Assembly (NCBI GenBank): GCA_947629565.1
Contig: CANREG010000004.1
Coordinates: 7,917-71,916 of the forward strand
Source of the DNA: an uncultured Lachnospiraceae bacterium
GTDB lineage: Bacteria > Bacillota > Clostridia > Lachnospirales > Lachnospiraceae
Length of the DNA stretch: 64,000 nt
Reading direction: 5' to 3'
Each line of letters opens with the position of its first letter. Position 1 is the stretch's first letter. Below the pieces are notes generated by a model that saw only the letters and a list, made by a program, of their open reading frames with translations, had not been told where the DNA came from and did no database searches. The translations under genes were made by a program, and so were the position numbers. Positions 55,621 to 64,000 of the stretch are shown piece by piece.

Positions 55621-56040
55621 ATGAAGCGATGCAGGTACATATTTATTCTTACGATACTGGGCGTGTTTATATTATCGGCCCTGACGGGCTGCCGTTTGGA
55701 GGAAACGGAGGAGACCAAAATCAAGGATTTGGACTATACAATTTGTGACGAGAGCAAGCTGCCGGACGCCTTGGTGGAACTGATTCACGAAAAGAGGAAG
55801 GAGCCCTTTAAGCTGACTTACCGGACGAAGGATTATCTCTATATTGTGGTGGGCTACGGCGCACAGGACCGCACCGACCTGAATGTGACGATGACAGAGC
55901 TTTATCTGACAAAAAATGCAATCTTTGTAGATACGGACCTGGTGGCCGTGGAGGACACGACTTTGGAGGACAATCTGGTGTCCTATCCGTGGATTGCCGT
56001 AAAATGCGAGCTTTATGATGTGGAGGTGAATTTCCGTTAG
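55621..56040 (+). CDS. lipoprotein (possibly PrcB-like)
   Basis: Lipobox LTGC after a hydrophobic signal. The family assignment is tentative. Confidence 0.6.
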   Translation: MKRCRYIFILTILGVFILSALTGCRLEETEETKIKDLDYTICDESKLPDALVELIHEKRKEPFKLTYRTKDYLYIVVGYGAQDRTDLNVTMTELYLTKNAIFVDTDLVAVEDTTLEDNLVSYPWIAVKCELYDVEVNFR

Positions 56041-56112
56041 GCTGGTCTTTTTTTTGTTGGTCAGGCATATAATGGAGGATAGATGAAATATCAGTATTTA
56101 TAAGGAGGCAGT

Positions 56113-57663
56113 ATGGAATTAGTTAAACGGAATATTCATAATTTTTCATGGAAGGTAAAAAATGCAATGCAGTTTACGATAGATGATACCATTAATATTC
56201 CCGAGAATTTAATGGATATGGAGCGGCTGATACTGGTAAAGGGAAATGTGGTGCTAGACGATACCCAGGCGATGGTGGACCGGTTTCAGATAAAGGGCAC
56301 CTTAAATTACCAGATTCTATACAGCGCCGACAAGGACAACAGTGCTTTTGACACGCTGAACGGCAAAGTGCCCTTTGTGGAATACATCAATGCGGACGGC
56401 ACCAATGAAGACGATTACATAGAAGCGCATTTATGCTTAAATGATCTGACCGTTACCATGCTGCATTCCAGAAAAATCAGCCTGAAGGCTTTGGTGGGCG
56501 TTGACTATCAGGTGAAGGAAAATGAGAATTTTGATGCGGTTACGGATGTGGAACAGGGAGACAATGCGGAGATTTTGGACGGCACCATTTCCATGATGAG
56601 CTTGCAGCTCCAGAAGAAGGAGCGGATTCAGGTGGATGAGCAGGTGGAGATTCCGGCCAATAAGCCGAATATTTATCAGGTGATTTGGAAGAGCATGGCG
56701 CTCACGAAGGCGCAGATTAAACCGGCGGACGGGTATCTTATGGCCAGCGGCAACTTAAATGTCTTTTTGGTGTATACGGCGGAGGAGGATAATATGCCGC
56801 TGCAATACTTTACCATGGAGGTGCCGTTTGAGCAGAAGATTACAGAGGACCTTTCCAGCGAGGATATGATTTCGGGTAGCGTCTTAAGCCTGGATCAGTA
56901 TCATATCACGGTGGTGCCGGACGAAAGCGGCGAAGACCGTTTGATTGATCTGTCTGCAGAGTTCACTGTGGAAATCAAGCTTTATGGAAATGAGGAAATG
57001 AAGCTGGTGCGCGACGCCTACTCAACGGATGTGGAGATTAAGCCGAAGTGGAAGACCTTTACGATTCAGCATTTACTGCTGCGCAACTGCGCTAAGACCA
57101 AGGTAACGGATATTGTGGATATGCCGAAGCAGCAGTCCGTTTTGCAGATTTGCAATGTGGAGGGCTCTGTCTCCATCGACGATACGGAGCGGACGGCGAA
57201 GGGGATTATGGTAGAGGGCGTGGTTGGCACCCAGATTACCTACCTCAACAAGGAAGAAAATGGGGCCCTTGCCTCTGTGACCTTTGACATTCCTTTTTCC
57301 TATGAGATAGAGATTAACGGTATGCGGGATGAGATCAGCTATTCCATTGTGCCGTTCTTAGACCAGATTACCGCCCTGCAGCAGAGCGACACCCAGATTG
57401 AGATTAAGGCGGAGGTATCTTTGGAGGTGCTGGCGTTCACCAATGAAAAGGCAAAGGCCGTGCTGGATGTAGAGGTGGAGCCGATTGACTTAGAGCGGAA
57501 GAAGGAGCTGCCGGGCGTGATTGGCTATGTGGTAAAAAAAGACGATACCCTGTGGAGTATCGCCAAGAAATATTACACAACCGTTGACCGGATTAAGGAA
57601 ATCAACGGGCTGGATTCGGATCAGATTCATGAGGGAGATAAGCTGATCATTGTCAAAGAATAA
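56113..57663 (+). CDS. LysM-domain protein with a repeated N-terminal SPOCS/DUF3794-like region
   Basis: C-terminal LysM (YVVKKDDTLWSIAKKYYTTVDRIKEINGLDSDQIHEGDKLIIV). The N-terminal family call is tentative. RBS AAGGAGG. Confidence 0.7.
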   Translation: MELVKRNIHNFSWKVKNAMQFTIDDTINIPENLMDMERLILVKGNVVLDDTQAMVDRFQIKGTLNYQILYSADKDNSAFDTLNGKVPFVEYINADGTNEDDYIEAHLCLNDLTVTMLHSRKISLKALVGVDYQVKENENFDAVTDVEQGDNAEILDGTISMMSLQLQKKERIQVDEQVEIPANKPNIYQVIWKSMALTKAQIKPADGYLMASGNLNVFLVYTAEEDNMPLQYFTMEVPFEQKITEDLSSEDMISGSVLSLDQYHITVVPDESGEDRLIDLSAEFTVEIKLYGNEEMKLVRDAYSTDVEIKPKWKTFTIQHLLLRNCAKTKVTDIVDMPKQQSVLQICNVEGSVSIDDTERTAKGIMVEGVVGTQITYLNKEENGALASVTFDIPFSYEIEINGMRDEISYSIVPFLDQITALQQSDTQIEIKAEVSLEVLAFTNEKAKAVLDVEVEPIDLERKKELPGVIGYVVKKDDTLWSIAKKYYTTVDRIKEINGLDSDQIHEGDKLIIVKE

Positions 57664-57667
57664 TAAT

Positions 57668-58753
57668 TTATAAAATTTCAATAATACTAAGGTCCGGGTG
57701 GAGAGTCAGGTCTAAATATTCTCCATCCACCAGCAGACTGGGGCGGGATACGGCAGTTTTGTTTGTCAGAATAATCTCGCCTTTTCTGTTGTCGCTCAGC
57801 AGAACCGTATTGTGCAGGTAGGTGTCGGAAATCCCCTGTAAAAATGGAAGGAGGTATTTGGGATCGTATTTGGCGTAGCCCTCCTCCTCAAACATGCGGA
57901 TAACCGCAAAGGGGCAGATGCCCTCCCGATAGCACCGGTTGGCCGTCATGGCCTCATATATATCCACAATGGTAATCAGCTTTGCCAGTTCATTAATCTT
58001 ATAGCCCTTAAGTCCCATGGGATAGCCGCTGCCGTCGCATTTTTCGTGGTGGAGCAGCGCCGCCTGCGCAATGTTCTCGCTGACGCCTTTTTCCTTTAAC
58101 AGCTTGTACCCCTTGGTGGTATGTCCCTTAATGATTTCAAATTCTTCCCGGGTGAGCCGCCCCGGTTTTTTGATAATCTCCGGCGGCGTCAGCACCTTGC
58201 CGATATCGTGGAGCATACCGGCAACCGTCAGTAACTTGAGGTCTTCATCGCTGAACTTAAGCCAGCGGCCTAAAATGTTGGCAAGCATGGCGACATTCAG
58301 AGAATGGGCGTAGGTGGAATCGTCAAAGTACCGGATATTGCTTAGGATATCCATAAGCTGGTAGGTGTTGGTCTCGCCCGCCATCATCTCATTGGCGGAG
58401 GTGAACAAATCGTCAATATCCACCTCTTTGTTCCGGCTGGCAATGTCGTTGAGGGCGTAGGTAAAAGTCTCCGTCTGCTCTTTAAAATTCTCCTCGAATT
58501 CCTTAAAATCTTCGCTTTCCCGAACTTTCTCGGAGTGTGTCTGGACAGGCAGCGTCAGGGTAGCCATATTCTGGCGGGATACATCCTTGCCGTACACAGC
58601 TACAGAGACGATGGAGGAATACCTTAAAATATTCAGTACCTCATCATCAATTATCGTTCCCCTGGGGATCAATAGCTGGGAACCCCGGTAGACGTCTTCT
58701 GCCAACGTCATGCCAAGCGTTACCCTGTGAAGCATGATCTGTATGATGTTCAT
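57668..58753 (-). CDS. HD-GYP domain protein (putative cyclic-di-GMP phosphodiesterase)
   Basis: HDIGK and HHEKCDGSGYP motifs. N-terminal domain of about 130 aa with unknown function. Confidence 0.85.
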   Translation of the reverse strand: MNIIQIMLHRVTLGMTLAEDVYRGSQLLIPRGTIIDDEVLNILRYSSIVSVAVYGKDVSRQNMATLTLPVQTHSEKVRESEDFKEFEENFKEQTETFTYALNDIASRNKEVDIDDLFTSANEMMAGETNTYQLMDILSNIRYFDDSTYAHSLNVAMLANILGRWLKFSDEDLKLLTVAGMLHDIGKVLTPPEIIKKPGRLTREEFEIIKGHTTKGYKLLKEKGVSENIAQAALLHHEKCDGSGYPMGLKGYKINELAKLITIVDIYEAMTANRCYREGICPFAVIRMFEEEGYAKYDPKYLLPFLQGISDTYLHNTVLLSDNRKGEIILTNKTAVSRPSLLVDGEYLDLTLHPDLSIIEIL

Positions 58754-58965
58754 TTGAAATCCCCTTTCCGTCCAATCCTTTTATGTGATGCTCTGTCTAT
58801 GGACTCATTACTCACAGAAAAATAAAGCCGTCGTGTTGCCGCTTTCTTTAGATTATAAAAAAACCTGTGTAGAAAGTCAATTACATCTTGACCAATACTA
58901 CATTATAGAGTATGATGGGTAAGAACTGTAAAATATCAGTTTTCAGTCAGAATTGCAAAAGAAAC

Positions 58966-59126
58966 TTCTCTTATTCAGAGTGGTGGAGTCAGAAGGGACG
59001 AAGAAGCCACGGCAACCCCGGAAAGGAAGGTGCCGGCCTGAAGCGAGCGGTAGTACGCATCGATCAATAAGAGGATTTGAACATAAGAATTACCGGACTT
59101 CAAATCCTTGGATTTGAAGTTTTTTA
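58966..59126 (+). promoter_or_regulatory. SAM-I (S-box) riboswitch with intrinsic terminator
   Basis: TTCTCTTATTCAGAGTGGTGGAGTCAGAAGGGACGAAGAAGCCACGGCAACC...GGTGCCGGCC...GATCAATAAGAGG matches the S-box consensus (P1 CTCTTAT/ATAAGAG). Terminator ACTTCAAATC-CTTG-GATTTGAAGT plus TTTTT lies at 59097-59125. Confidence 0.9.
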
Positions 59127-59154
59127 TTGCAAAAACTAAAGGAGGATTTTTACT

Positions 59155-60342
59155 ATGGAGAAATTGTTGTTTACGTCTGAGTCCGTAACAGAAGGACATC
59201 CCGACAAAATTTGCGACCAGATTTCCGACGCCGTATTGGACGCCTTAATGGCGCAGGATCCGAACAGCCGCGTTGCCTGTGAAACTTCGATTACCACAGG
59301 TCTTGTACTGGTTATGGGAGAAATTTCCACCAATGCCTATGTGGATATTCAGAAGATTGTGCGGGACACAATCCGGGAGATAGGCTATGACCGGGCAAAA
59401 TACGGTTTTGACTGCGATACCTGCGGCGTGATTACCGCCATTGACGAGCAGTCCAGCGACATTGCCATGGGCGTGGACAAGGCTTTAGAGGCAAAGGAAA
59501 ACCAGATGAGCGATGCGGATATTGAGGCCATTGGCGCAGGCGACCAGGGCATGATGTTCGGCTACGCCACCAACGAGACGGAGGAGTATATGCCGTATCC
59601 AATCAGTCTGGCGCACAAGCTGGCGAGAAGGCTTACGGAGGTCCGGAAAAACGGAACCCTTCCGTATCTTCGTCCAGACGGAAAGACGCAGGTATCCGTA
59701 GAATATGACGAGGCGGGCAAGCCGGTCCGCTTAGAGGCAGTGGTGCTTTCCACACAGCATGATGCGGAGGTATCACAGGAGCAGATTCATGAGGATATCA
59801 AGAAATATGTATTTGATGCGGTGTTACCGGCAGAAATGGTGGATGGGGATACAAAGTTCTTTATCAACCCCACCGGACGCTTTGTCATCGGCGGCCCGAA
59901 CGGGGATTCCGGCCTTACGGGGCGTAAGATTATTGTCGATACCTACGGCGGCTACGCCCGTCATGGCGGCGGCGCATTTTCCGGCAAGGACTGTACCAAG
60001 GTAGACCGCTCTGCGGCATATGCCGCCAGATATGTGGCAAAAAATATTGTGGCAGCAGGATTGGCAGACAAATGCGAGATTCAGCTTTCCTATGCGATTG
60101 GCGTGGCGAGACCGACCTCTGTCCGGGTGGACACTTTTGGCACAGGCAAGCTCGACGAGTTAAAGCTGGTGGAAATTGTGCGGGAAAACTTTGACCTTCG
60201 CCCGGCGGGCATTATCAAGATGTTAGACCTGCGCCGCCCGATTTATAAGCAGACTGCGGCATACGGTCATTTTGGACGGACAGACTTAGATTTGCCATGG
60301 GAGAAGCTTGACATGGTGGACAAGTTAAAGAGTTATCTGTAA
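59155..60342 (+). CDS. metK: methionine adenosyltransferase
   Basis: [34 protein letters not shown], and GGGAFSGKD. Confidence 0.97.
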   Translation: MEKLLFTSESVTEGHPDKICDQISDAVLDALMAQDPNSRVACETSITTGLVLVMGEISTNAYVDIQKIVRDTIREIGYDRAKYGFDCDTCGVITAIDEQSSDIAMGVDKALEAKENQMSDADIEAIGAGDQGMMFGYATNETEEYMPYPISLAHKLARRLTEVRKNGTLPYLRPDGKTQVSVEYDEAGKPVRLEAVVLSTQHDAEVSQEQIHEDIKKYVFDAVLPAEMVDGDTKFFINPTGRFVIGGPNGDSGLTGRKIIVDTYGGYARHGGGAFSGKDCTKVDRSAAYAARYVAKNIVAAGLADKCEIQLSYAIGVARPTSVRVDTFGTGKLDELKLVEIVRENFDLRPAGIIKMLDLRRPIYKQTAAYGHFGRTDLDLPWEKLDMVDKLKSYL

Positions 60343-61022
60343 TGGGAAAGAAAGCATTTATATTTGATTTCAATGGAACAATGGTAATGGACTCCTATAT
60401 GCATGAGACGGCATGGCGGCATTATGTGGAAATCCTCTGCGGGCGCAGCGTGCCGGAGGAGGAGTTTAAAAAGCATGTCCATGGGAAAACCTCGGCTATG
60501 ATTCTGGCTCATTTTCTGGGGGAGGAAAGCCTTCCGCCGCAGGAGGTGATGCGCTATTCCGAGGAAAAGGAGCGGTATTACCGGAAGCTTTGCATGGAAC
60601 ATAAGGAGCGGTTTCATCTGACGGAGGGACTTGAGCCGTTTCTTGACGAAGCGAAGGCCGCCCATATTCCCATGGCTATTGCCACTGCCGCCAATCTGGC
60701 AAACATTGATTTTTACTTTGCACATTTTAACCTGGAAAAATGGTTTGCAAGAAAGCAGGTGGTCTATGACGACGGCAGCCTTAAGGGAAAGCCGGACCCG
60801 GATATCTATCTCCGGGCCATGGAGACTTTACATGCGGCGCCTTCGGACTGCGTTGTGTTTGAAGACGCGGTTTCCGGCGTGCTCTCCGCCCACAGTGCCG
60901 GAGCGGGAAAGATTGTCGGCGTATACGGGGACAGCAGCCGGGAATTGTTAGAGGAAACCGGGCTGGTGAATCGGTGTATCCGCACTTTCCGGGAGATTGG
61001 CGTCAGGGAGATATGCGAGTGA
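60342..61022 (+). CDS. HAD-superfamily hydrolase (beta-phosphoglucomutase-like subfamily)
   Basis: Motif I FIFDFNGTM and motif IV FEDAVSG. Its start overlaps the metK stop (TAATG). Confidence 0.8.
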   Translation: MGKKAFIFDFNGTMVMDSYMHETAWRHYVEILCGRSVPEEEFKKHVHGKTSAMILAHFLGEESLPPQEVMRYSEEKERYYRKLCMEHKERFHLTEGLEPFLDEAKAAHIPMAIATAANLANIDFYFAHFNLEKWFARKQVVYDDGSLKGKPDPDIYLRAMETLHAAPSDCVVFEDAVSGVLSAHSAGAGKIVGVYGDSSRELLEETGLVNRCIRTFREIGVREICE

Positions 61023-61201
61023 ACAGGATTTAATGATATATGCCGGTGAACATGAATTAAAAAATGCAGGCTCTGCGCCGGTGCTGATATTTGTACCCTT
61101 GCAGGAATTTTATAAAATGATATAATGATATTGCTTTATGCGCACAATATGAAAGAATCATAAATGTTTCACAGCGATTAAAATGATAGGAGGATAAAGA
61201 T

Positions 61202-61744
61202 ATGGCAGACTTAAAAGGAACAAAGACAGAGGCAAACCTGATGGCGGCTTTTGCCGGTGAATCACAGGCGAGAAATAAGTATACCTATTATGCCAGTAAG
61301 GCAAAGAAGGACGGGTATAATCAGATTGCAGACATTTTTTTGGAAACTGCAAATAACGAGAAAGAGCATGCAAAGATGTGGTTTAAACTTCTTCACGGCG
61401 GCGCTGTACCGGGAACGGTGGATAACTTAAAGGATGCAGCCGAGGGAGAAAATTACGAGTGGACGGATATGTATGCGGAGTTTGCAAAGACAGCCAGAGA
61501 GGAAGGCTTTGAGGATATTGCCAAATCTTTTGAAATGGTAGCTGCTATCGAGAAGACCCATGAGGAGAGATACCGCAAGCTGTTAGCCAATATTGAGGGC
61601 GGTCTGGTATTTTCCAGAGACGGAGATATGATTTGGGAGTGTTCGAACTGCGGTCATATCCATATTGGAAAGGAGGCTCCGGAGGTATGTCCGGTCTGCG
61701 AGCATCCGCAGAGTTATTTTAAGCTGAGAGCAGAAAATTATTGA
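61202..61744 (+). CDS. rbr: rubrerythrin
   Basis: Ferritin-like di-iron domain (ESQARNKY..., [16 protein letters not shown]) plus a C-terminal rubredoxin CxxC...CxxC (CSNCGH, CPVCEHP). Confidence 0.92.
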   Translation: MADLKGTKTEANLMAAFAGESQARNKYTYYASKAKKDGYNQIADIFLETANNEKEHAKMWFKLLHGGAVPGTVDNLKDAAEGENYEWTDMYAEFAKTAREEGFEDIAKSFEMVAAIEKTHEERYRKLLANIEGGLVFSRDGDMIWECSNCGHIHIGKEAPEVCPVCEHPQSYFKLRAENY

Positions 61745-61784
61745 TAGATATGTAGGCGATTGCCGAAGGAAAAGGAGATTGATT

Positions 61785-62609
61785 ATGAATAAGGCAGAGC
61801 TTCAGCAAAAAGCAAACCAGTTGAGAAAGCACATTGTAGCTTCCCTCCATGCCGCCAAAAGCGGGCATCCGGGAGGCTCCCTGTCTGCGGCGGATATAAT
61901 GACTTATTTATATTATGAGGAGATGAATATTGATCCGAAAAAGCCGGAAAAGGAAGACAGGGACCGTTTTGTATTGTCCAAGGGACATGTGGCGCCTGCG
62001 CTTTACGGCGTTCTTGCCATGAAGGGATATTTTCCGGAGGAGGAGCTGTTAAAGCTGCGCAAGACTGGCGAGATGCTTCAGGGGCATCCCGATATGAAGG
62101 GAACGCCGGGAGTGGATATGTCTGCGGGTTCTCTGGGACAGGGCGTGTCCGTTGCAGTGGGAATGGCTCTTTCCGCAAAACTTTCCGGTGAGCAGTACCG
62201 GGTGTATACCCTGTTAGGCGACGGTGAGATTGAAGAAGGACAGGTCTGGGAGGCAGCTATGTTTGCCGGGCATAGGAAACTGGATAATCTGGTGGTTATC
62301 GTGGACAACAATGATTTGCAGATTGACGGAAGTGTGGCGGACGTCTGCTCCCCATATCCGATTGCAGATAAATTCAAGGCGTTTAACTTCCATGTCGTTG
62401 AGATTGACGGACATGATTTTGACGCGATTGAGGCGGCATTTAAAGAGGCAAGGCAGACGAAGGGAATGCCGACAGCCATTATCGCAAAGACCGTAAAGGG
62501 AAAGGGCGTGTCCTTTATGGAGAACCAGGTTTCATGGCACGGCGCGGCGCCCAATGATGAACAGTACGAAACGGCAATGGCGGAATTAGAAAAGGCAGGT
62601 GAAGCGTAA
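61785..62609 (+). CDS. transketolase, N-terminal subunit
   Basis: SGHPGGSLS, GHVAPALY and GSLGQG, the TPP-binding motifs. Start at ATG 61785 (RBS AAGGAG, 7-nt spacing). Confidence 0.92.
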   Translation: MNKAELQQKANQLRKHIVASLHAAKSGHPGGSLSAADIMTYLYYEEMNIDPKKPEKEDRDRFVLSKGHVAPALYGVLAMKGYFPEEELLKLRKTGEMLQGHPDMKGTPGVDMSAGSLGQGVSVAVGMALSAKLSGEQYRVYTLLGDGEIEEGQVWEAAMFAGHRKLDNLVVIVDNNDLQIDGSVADVCSPYPIADKFKAFNFHVVEIDGHDFDAIEAAFKEARQTKGMPTAIIAKTVKGKGVSFMENQVSWHGAAPNDEQYETAMAELEKAGEA

Positions 62610-63547
62610 TGGCAGATGTGAAGAAGATTGCTACCCGGGAAAGCTATGGCAATGCTTTGGTGGAGTTAGGCAGGGAATATCCGGATTTATTGGTGTTAGA
62701 TGCAGATTTGGCGGCTGCCACCAAGACCGGGATTTTTAAAAAGGAATTTCCCGAACGCCATATCGACTGCGGTATTGCAGAGTGTAATATGATGGGAATT
62801 GCGGCGGGCCTGTCTTTGACCGGAAAGGTGCCGTTTGCTTCCAGCTTTGCCATGTTTGCGGCGGGCAGGGCCTATGAGCAGGTGCGCAACACCATAGGTT
62901 ATCCCAAGTTGAATGTGAAGATTGGCGCCACCCATGCGGGAATTTCTGTGGGCGAGGACGGGGCAACCCACCAGTGTAATGAGGATATTGCCCTGATGCG
63001 CACGATTCCCAATATGGTGATTATTAACCCATGTGATGATGTGGAGGCGAGGGCGGCAGTACGGGCAGCATATGAGCATAAAGGCCCGGTGTATCTTCGT
63101 TTTGGCCGTCTGGCCGCGCCTGTGATTAATGACAGGCCGGATTATAAATTCGAGCTTGGCAGGGGCGTAACCCTTCGGGAAGGAAAGGATATTACCATTG
63201 TGGCGACAGGCCTTGAGGTTAATTTTGCCTTAGAGGCCGCAAAGATGCTTGCGGATGACGGTGTTGATGTAAGGGTAATCAATATCCATACCATTAAGCC
63301 TATCGATAAGGATATTATCGTTAAGGCGGCGAAGGAGACGAAAAAGCTGTTCACTGTGGAGGAACACTCTGTTATCGGCGGTCTTGGCTCTGCCGTATGC
63401 GATGTGGTATGTGAAAATGCTCCGGTTCCGGTCTATAAGATTGGCATGCGTGACCGGTACGGCGAGTCCGGCCCGGCTGTGGAGCTTCTGCATAAATATG
63501 AACTGGATGCGGAGGGAATCTATAAGCAGGTGAAGGGAAATCTGTAG
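62609..63547 (+). CDS. transketolase, C-terminal subunit
   Basis: Pyrimidine-binding and C-terminal domains (IAECNMMGIAAGL, GATHQ). Its start overlaps the upstream stop (TAATG). Confidence 0.92.
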   Translation: MADVKKIATRESYGNALVELGREYPDLLVLDADLAAATKTGIFKKEFPERHIDCGIAECNMMGIAAGLSLTGKVPFASSFAMFAAGRAYEQVRNTIGYPKLNVKIGATHAGISVGEDGATHQCNEDIALMRTIPNMVIINPCDDVEARAAVRAAYEHKGPVYLRFGRLAAPVINDRPDYKFELGRGVTLREGKDITIVATGLEVNFALEAAKMLADDGVDVRVINIHTIKPIDKDIIVKAAKETKKLFTVEEHSVIGGLGSAVCDVVCENAPVPVYKIGMRDRYGESGPAVELLHKYELDAEGIYKQVKGNL

Positions 63548-63567
63548 GATAGATTGCAGAATATACG

Positions 63568-63670
63568 AAAAAAATCAAGTTTTTGCACTGAAATGCAAAA
63601 ACTTGATTTTTTTTGGAGTTTATGCACTGAAGTGCAAAAACTTGGTTTTTTTTGAAGTTTATGCACTGAC
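63568..63670. repeat. bidirectional terminator hairpin embedded in a 39-bp tandem repeat (2.2 copies)
   Basis: AAAAAATCAAGTTTTTGCA-CTGAAA-TGCAAAAACTTGATTTTTT. The unit GCACTGAA(A/G)TGCAAAAACTTG(A/G)TTTTTTTTG(G/A)AGTTTAT sits at 63585-63623 and 63624-63662, with a partial third copy. Confidence 0.8.
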
Positions 63671-63683
63671 AGATGGAAAAATA

Positions 63684-64000
63684 TTACAGTTCGAGACTGT
63701 TTTCCTGTAACAGAAAATCAAAAATACTCATAGTTGTAATGCCATATTCATCTCTTTGAATGTGAATAACGTCCTTTACAATGATGATCTTTTTAAATGA
63801 ATCATTTACGCTTAAAAGAGACGCCTTTTCCTGCTTTGCTTTTTCTTCGCTCGGAAGGTTTAATGCAGACTGAATATAATAGCGTTTACTTCCCATATTT
63901 GCAATAAAATCGATTTCCAACTGCTTTTTTTCCTGCCTGCCGTCGGCTGTACGGTTCCTTTTGGCAACAACGCCTACATCTATCTGATATCCCCGCATAC
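63684..64000 (-). CDS. C-terminal part of a second AAA+/DUF4143-type ATPase (5' end outside the window)
   Basis: KQLEIDFIANMGSKRYYIQSALN...IIIVKD... resembles the C-terminal nuclease-fold region of the family seen at 4362-5579. The frame is still open at the window edge. Confidence 0.6.
   Translation of the reverse strand, partial: MRGYQIDVGVVAKRNRTADGRQEKKQLEIDFIANMGSKRYYIQSALNLPSEEKAKQEKASLLSVNDSFKKIIIVKDVIHIQRDEYGITTMSIFDFLLQENSLEL

Noticed and set aside
61100-61160. A/T-rich repeat TGATATAATGATAT upstream of rubrerythrin, considered as a PerR/Fur-type box.
   Set aside because: It is only a loose resemblance to a 7-1-7 inverted repeat, and it overlaps what may simply be the -10 region. 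A call cannot be justified without a position weight matrix.

Overview
This is a 64-kb chromosomal segment from a low-to-medium-GC Gram-positive anaerobe. Gene content suggests a spore-forming member of the Clostridia, possibly Lachnospiraceae-like: YtvI-like, SleB-like and LysM/SPOCS-like proteins, a split transketolase, rubrerythrin, a T-box and an S-box. That placement is inference only. All protein calls come from motifs I can read in the supplied translations; no database search was run.

Most of the window is housekeeping:
- uvrB, an ABC exporter, uvrA
- pyrB-pyrI, murA, thrS, metK
- transketolase N and C halves, rubrerythrin
- acyl-CoA carboxyltransferase, sppA
- a cysQ-like phosphatase and an RluA-type pseudouridine synthase
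- one OmpR/histidine-kinase pair
- a GntR(YtrA)-ABC-2 transporter operon

RNA and regulatory elements I can support:
- a solitary tRNA-Lys(CUU) with its own promoter
- a Thr-type T-box leader in front of a small membrane ORF plus thrS
- a SAM-I riboswitch with terminator in front of metK
- several sigma-A-like promoters and intrinsic terminators

Accessory content:
- a cell-envelope cluster at about 29.7-45.6 kb, holding two tandem GH25 muramidase paralogs, a CAP-domain protein, an 1809-aa GH5/Big_2 surface protein, an 869-aa Fn3-rich protein, and a membrane protein ending in three EIDAL-like repeats
- three small AT-rich islets at about 4.2-6.06, 50.2-51.9 and 52.9-53.4 kb that carry orphan or ATPase genes

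I saw no CRISPR array, rRNA, transposase, integrase or obvious prophage.

The most unusual signal is non-coding. It is a family of about 225-255-bp long-hairpin repeat elements: two full copies in opposite orientation and one internally deleted copy. They share a highly conserved core of about 125 nt and a conserved asymmetric bulge. Their arms differ between copies yet stay complementary within each copy, and one copy has perfect 25-bp terminal inverted repeats.

Other candidates worth follow-up:
- an ornithine-transcarbamylase-like protein lacking canonical carbamoyl-phosphate and ornithine motifs
- an orphan OmpR-type regulator without the phospho-acceptor residues
- a PRTase-like protein without the acidic PRPP motif
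- the EIDAL-like triple repeat
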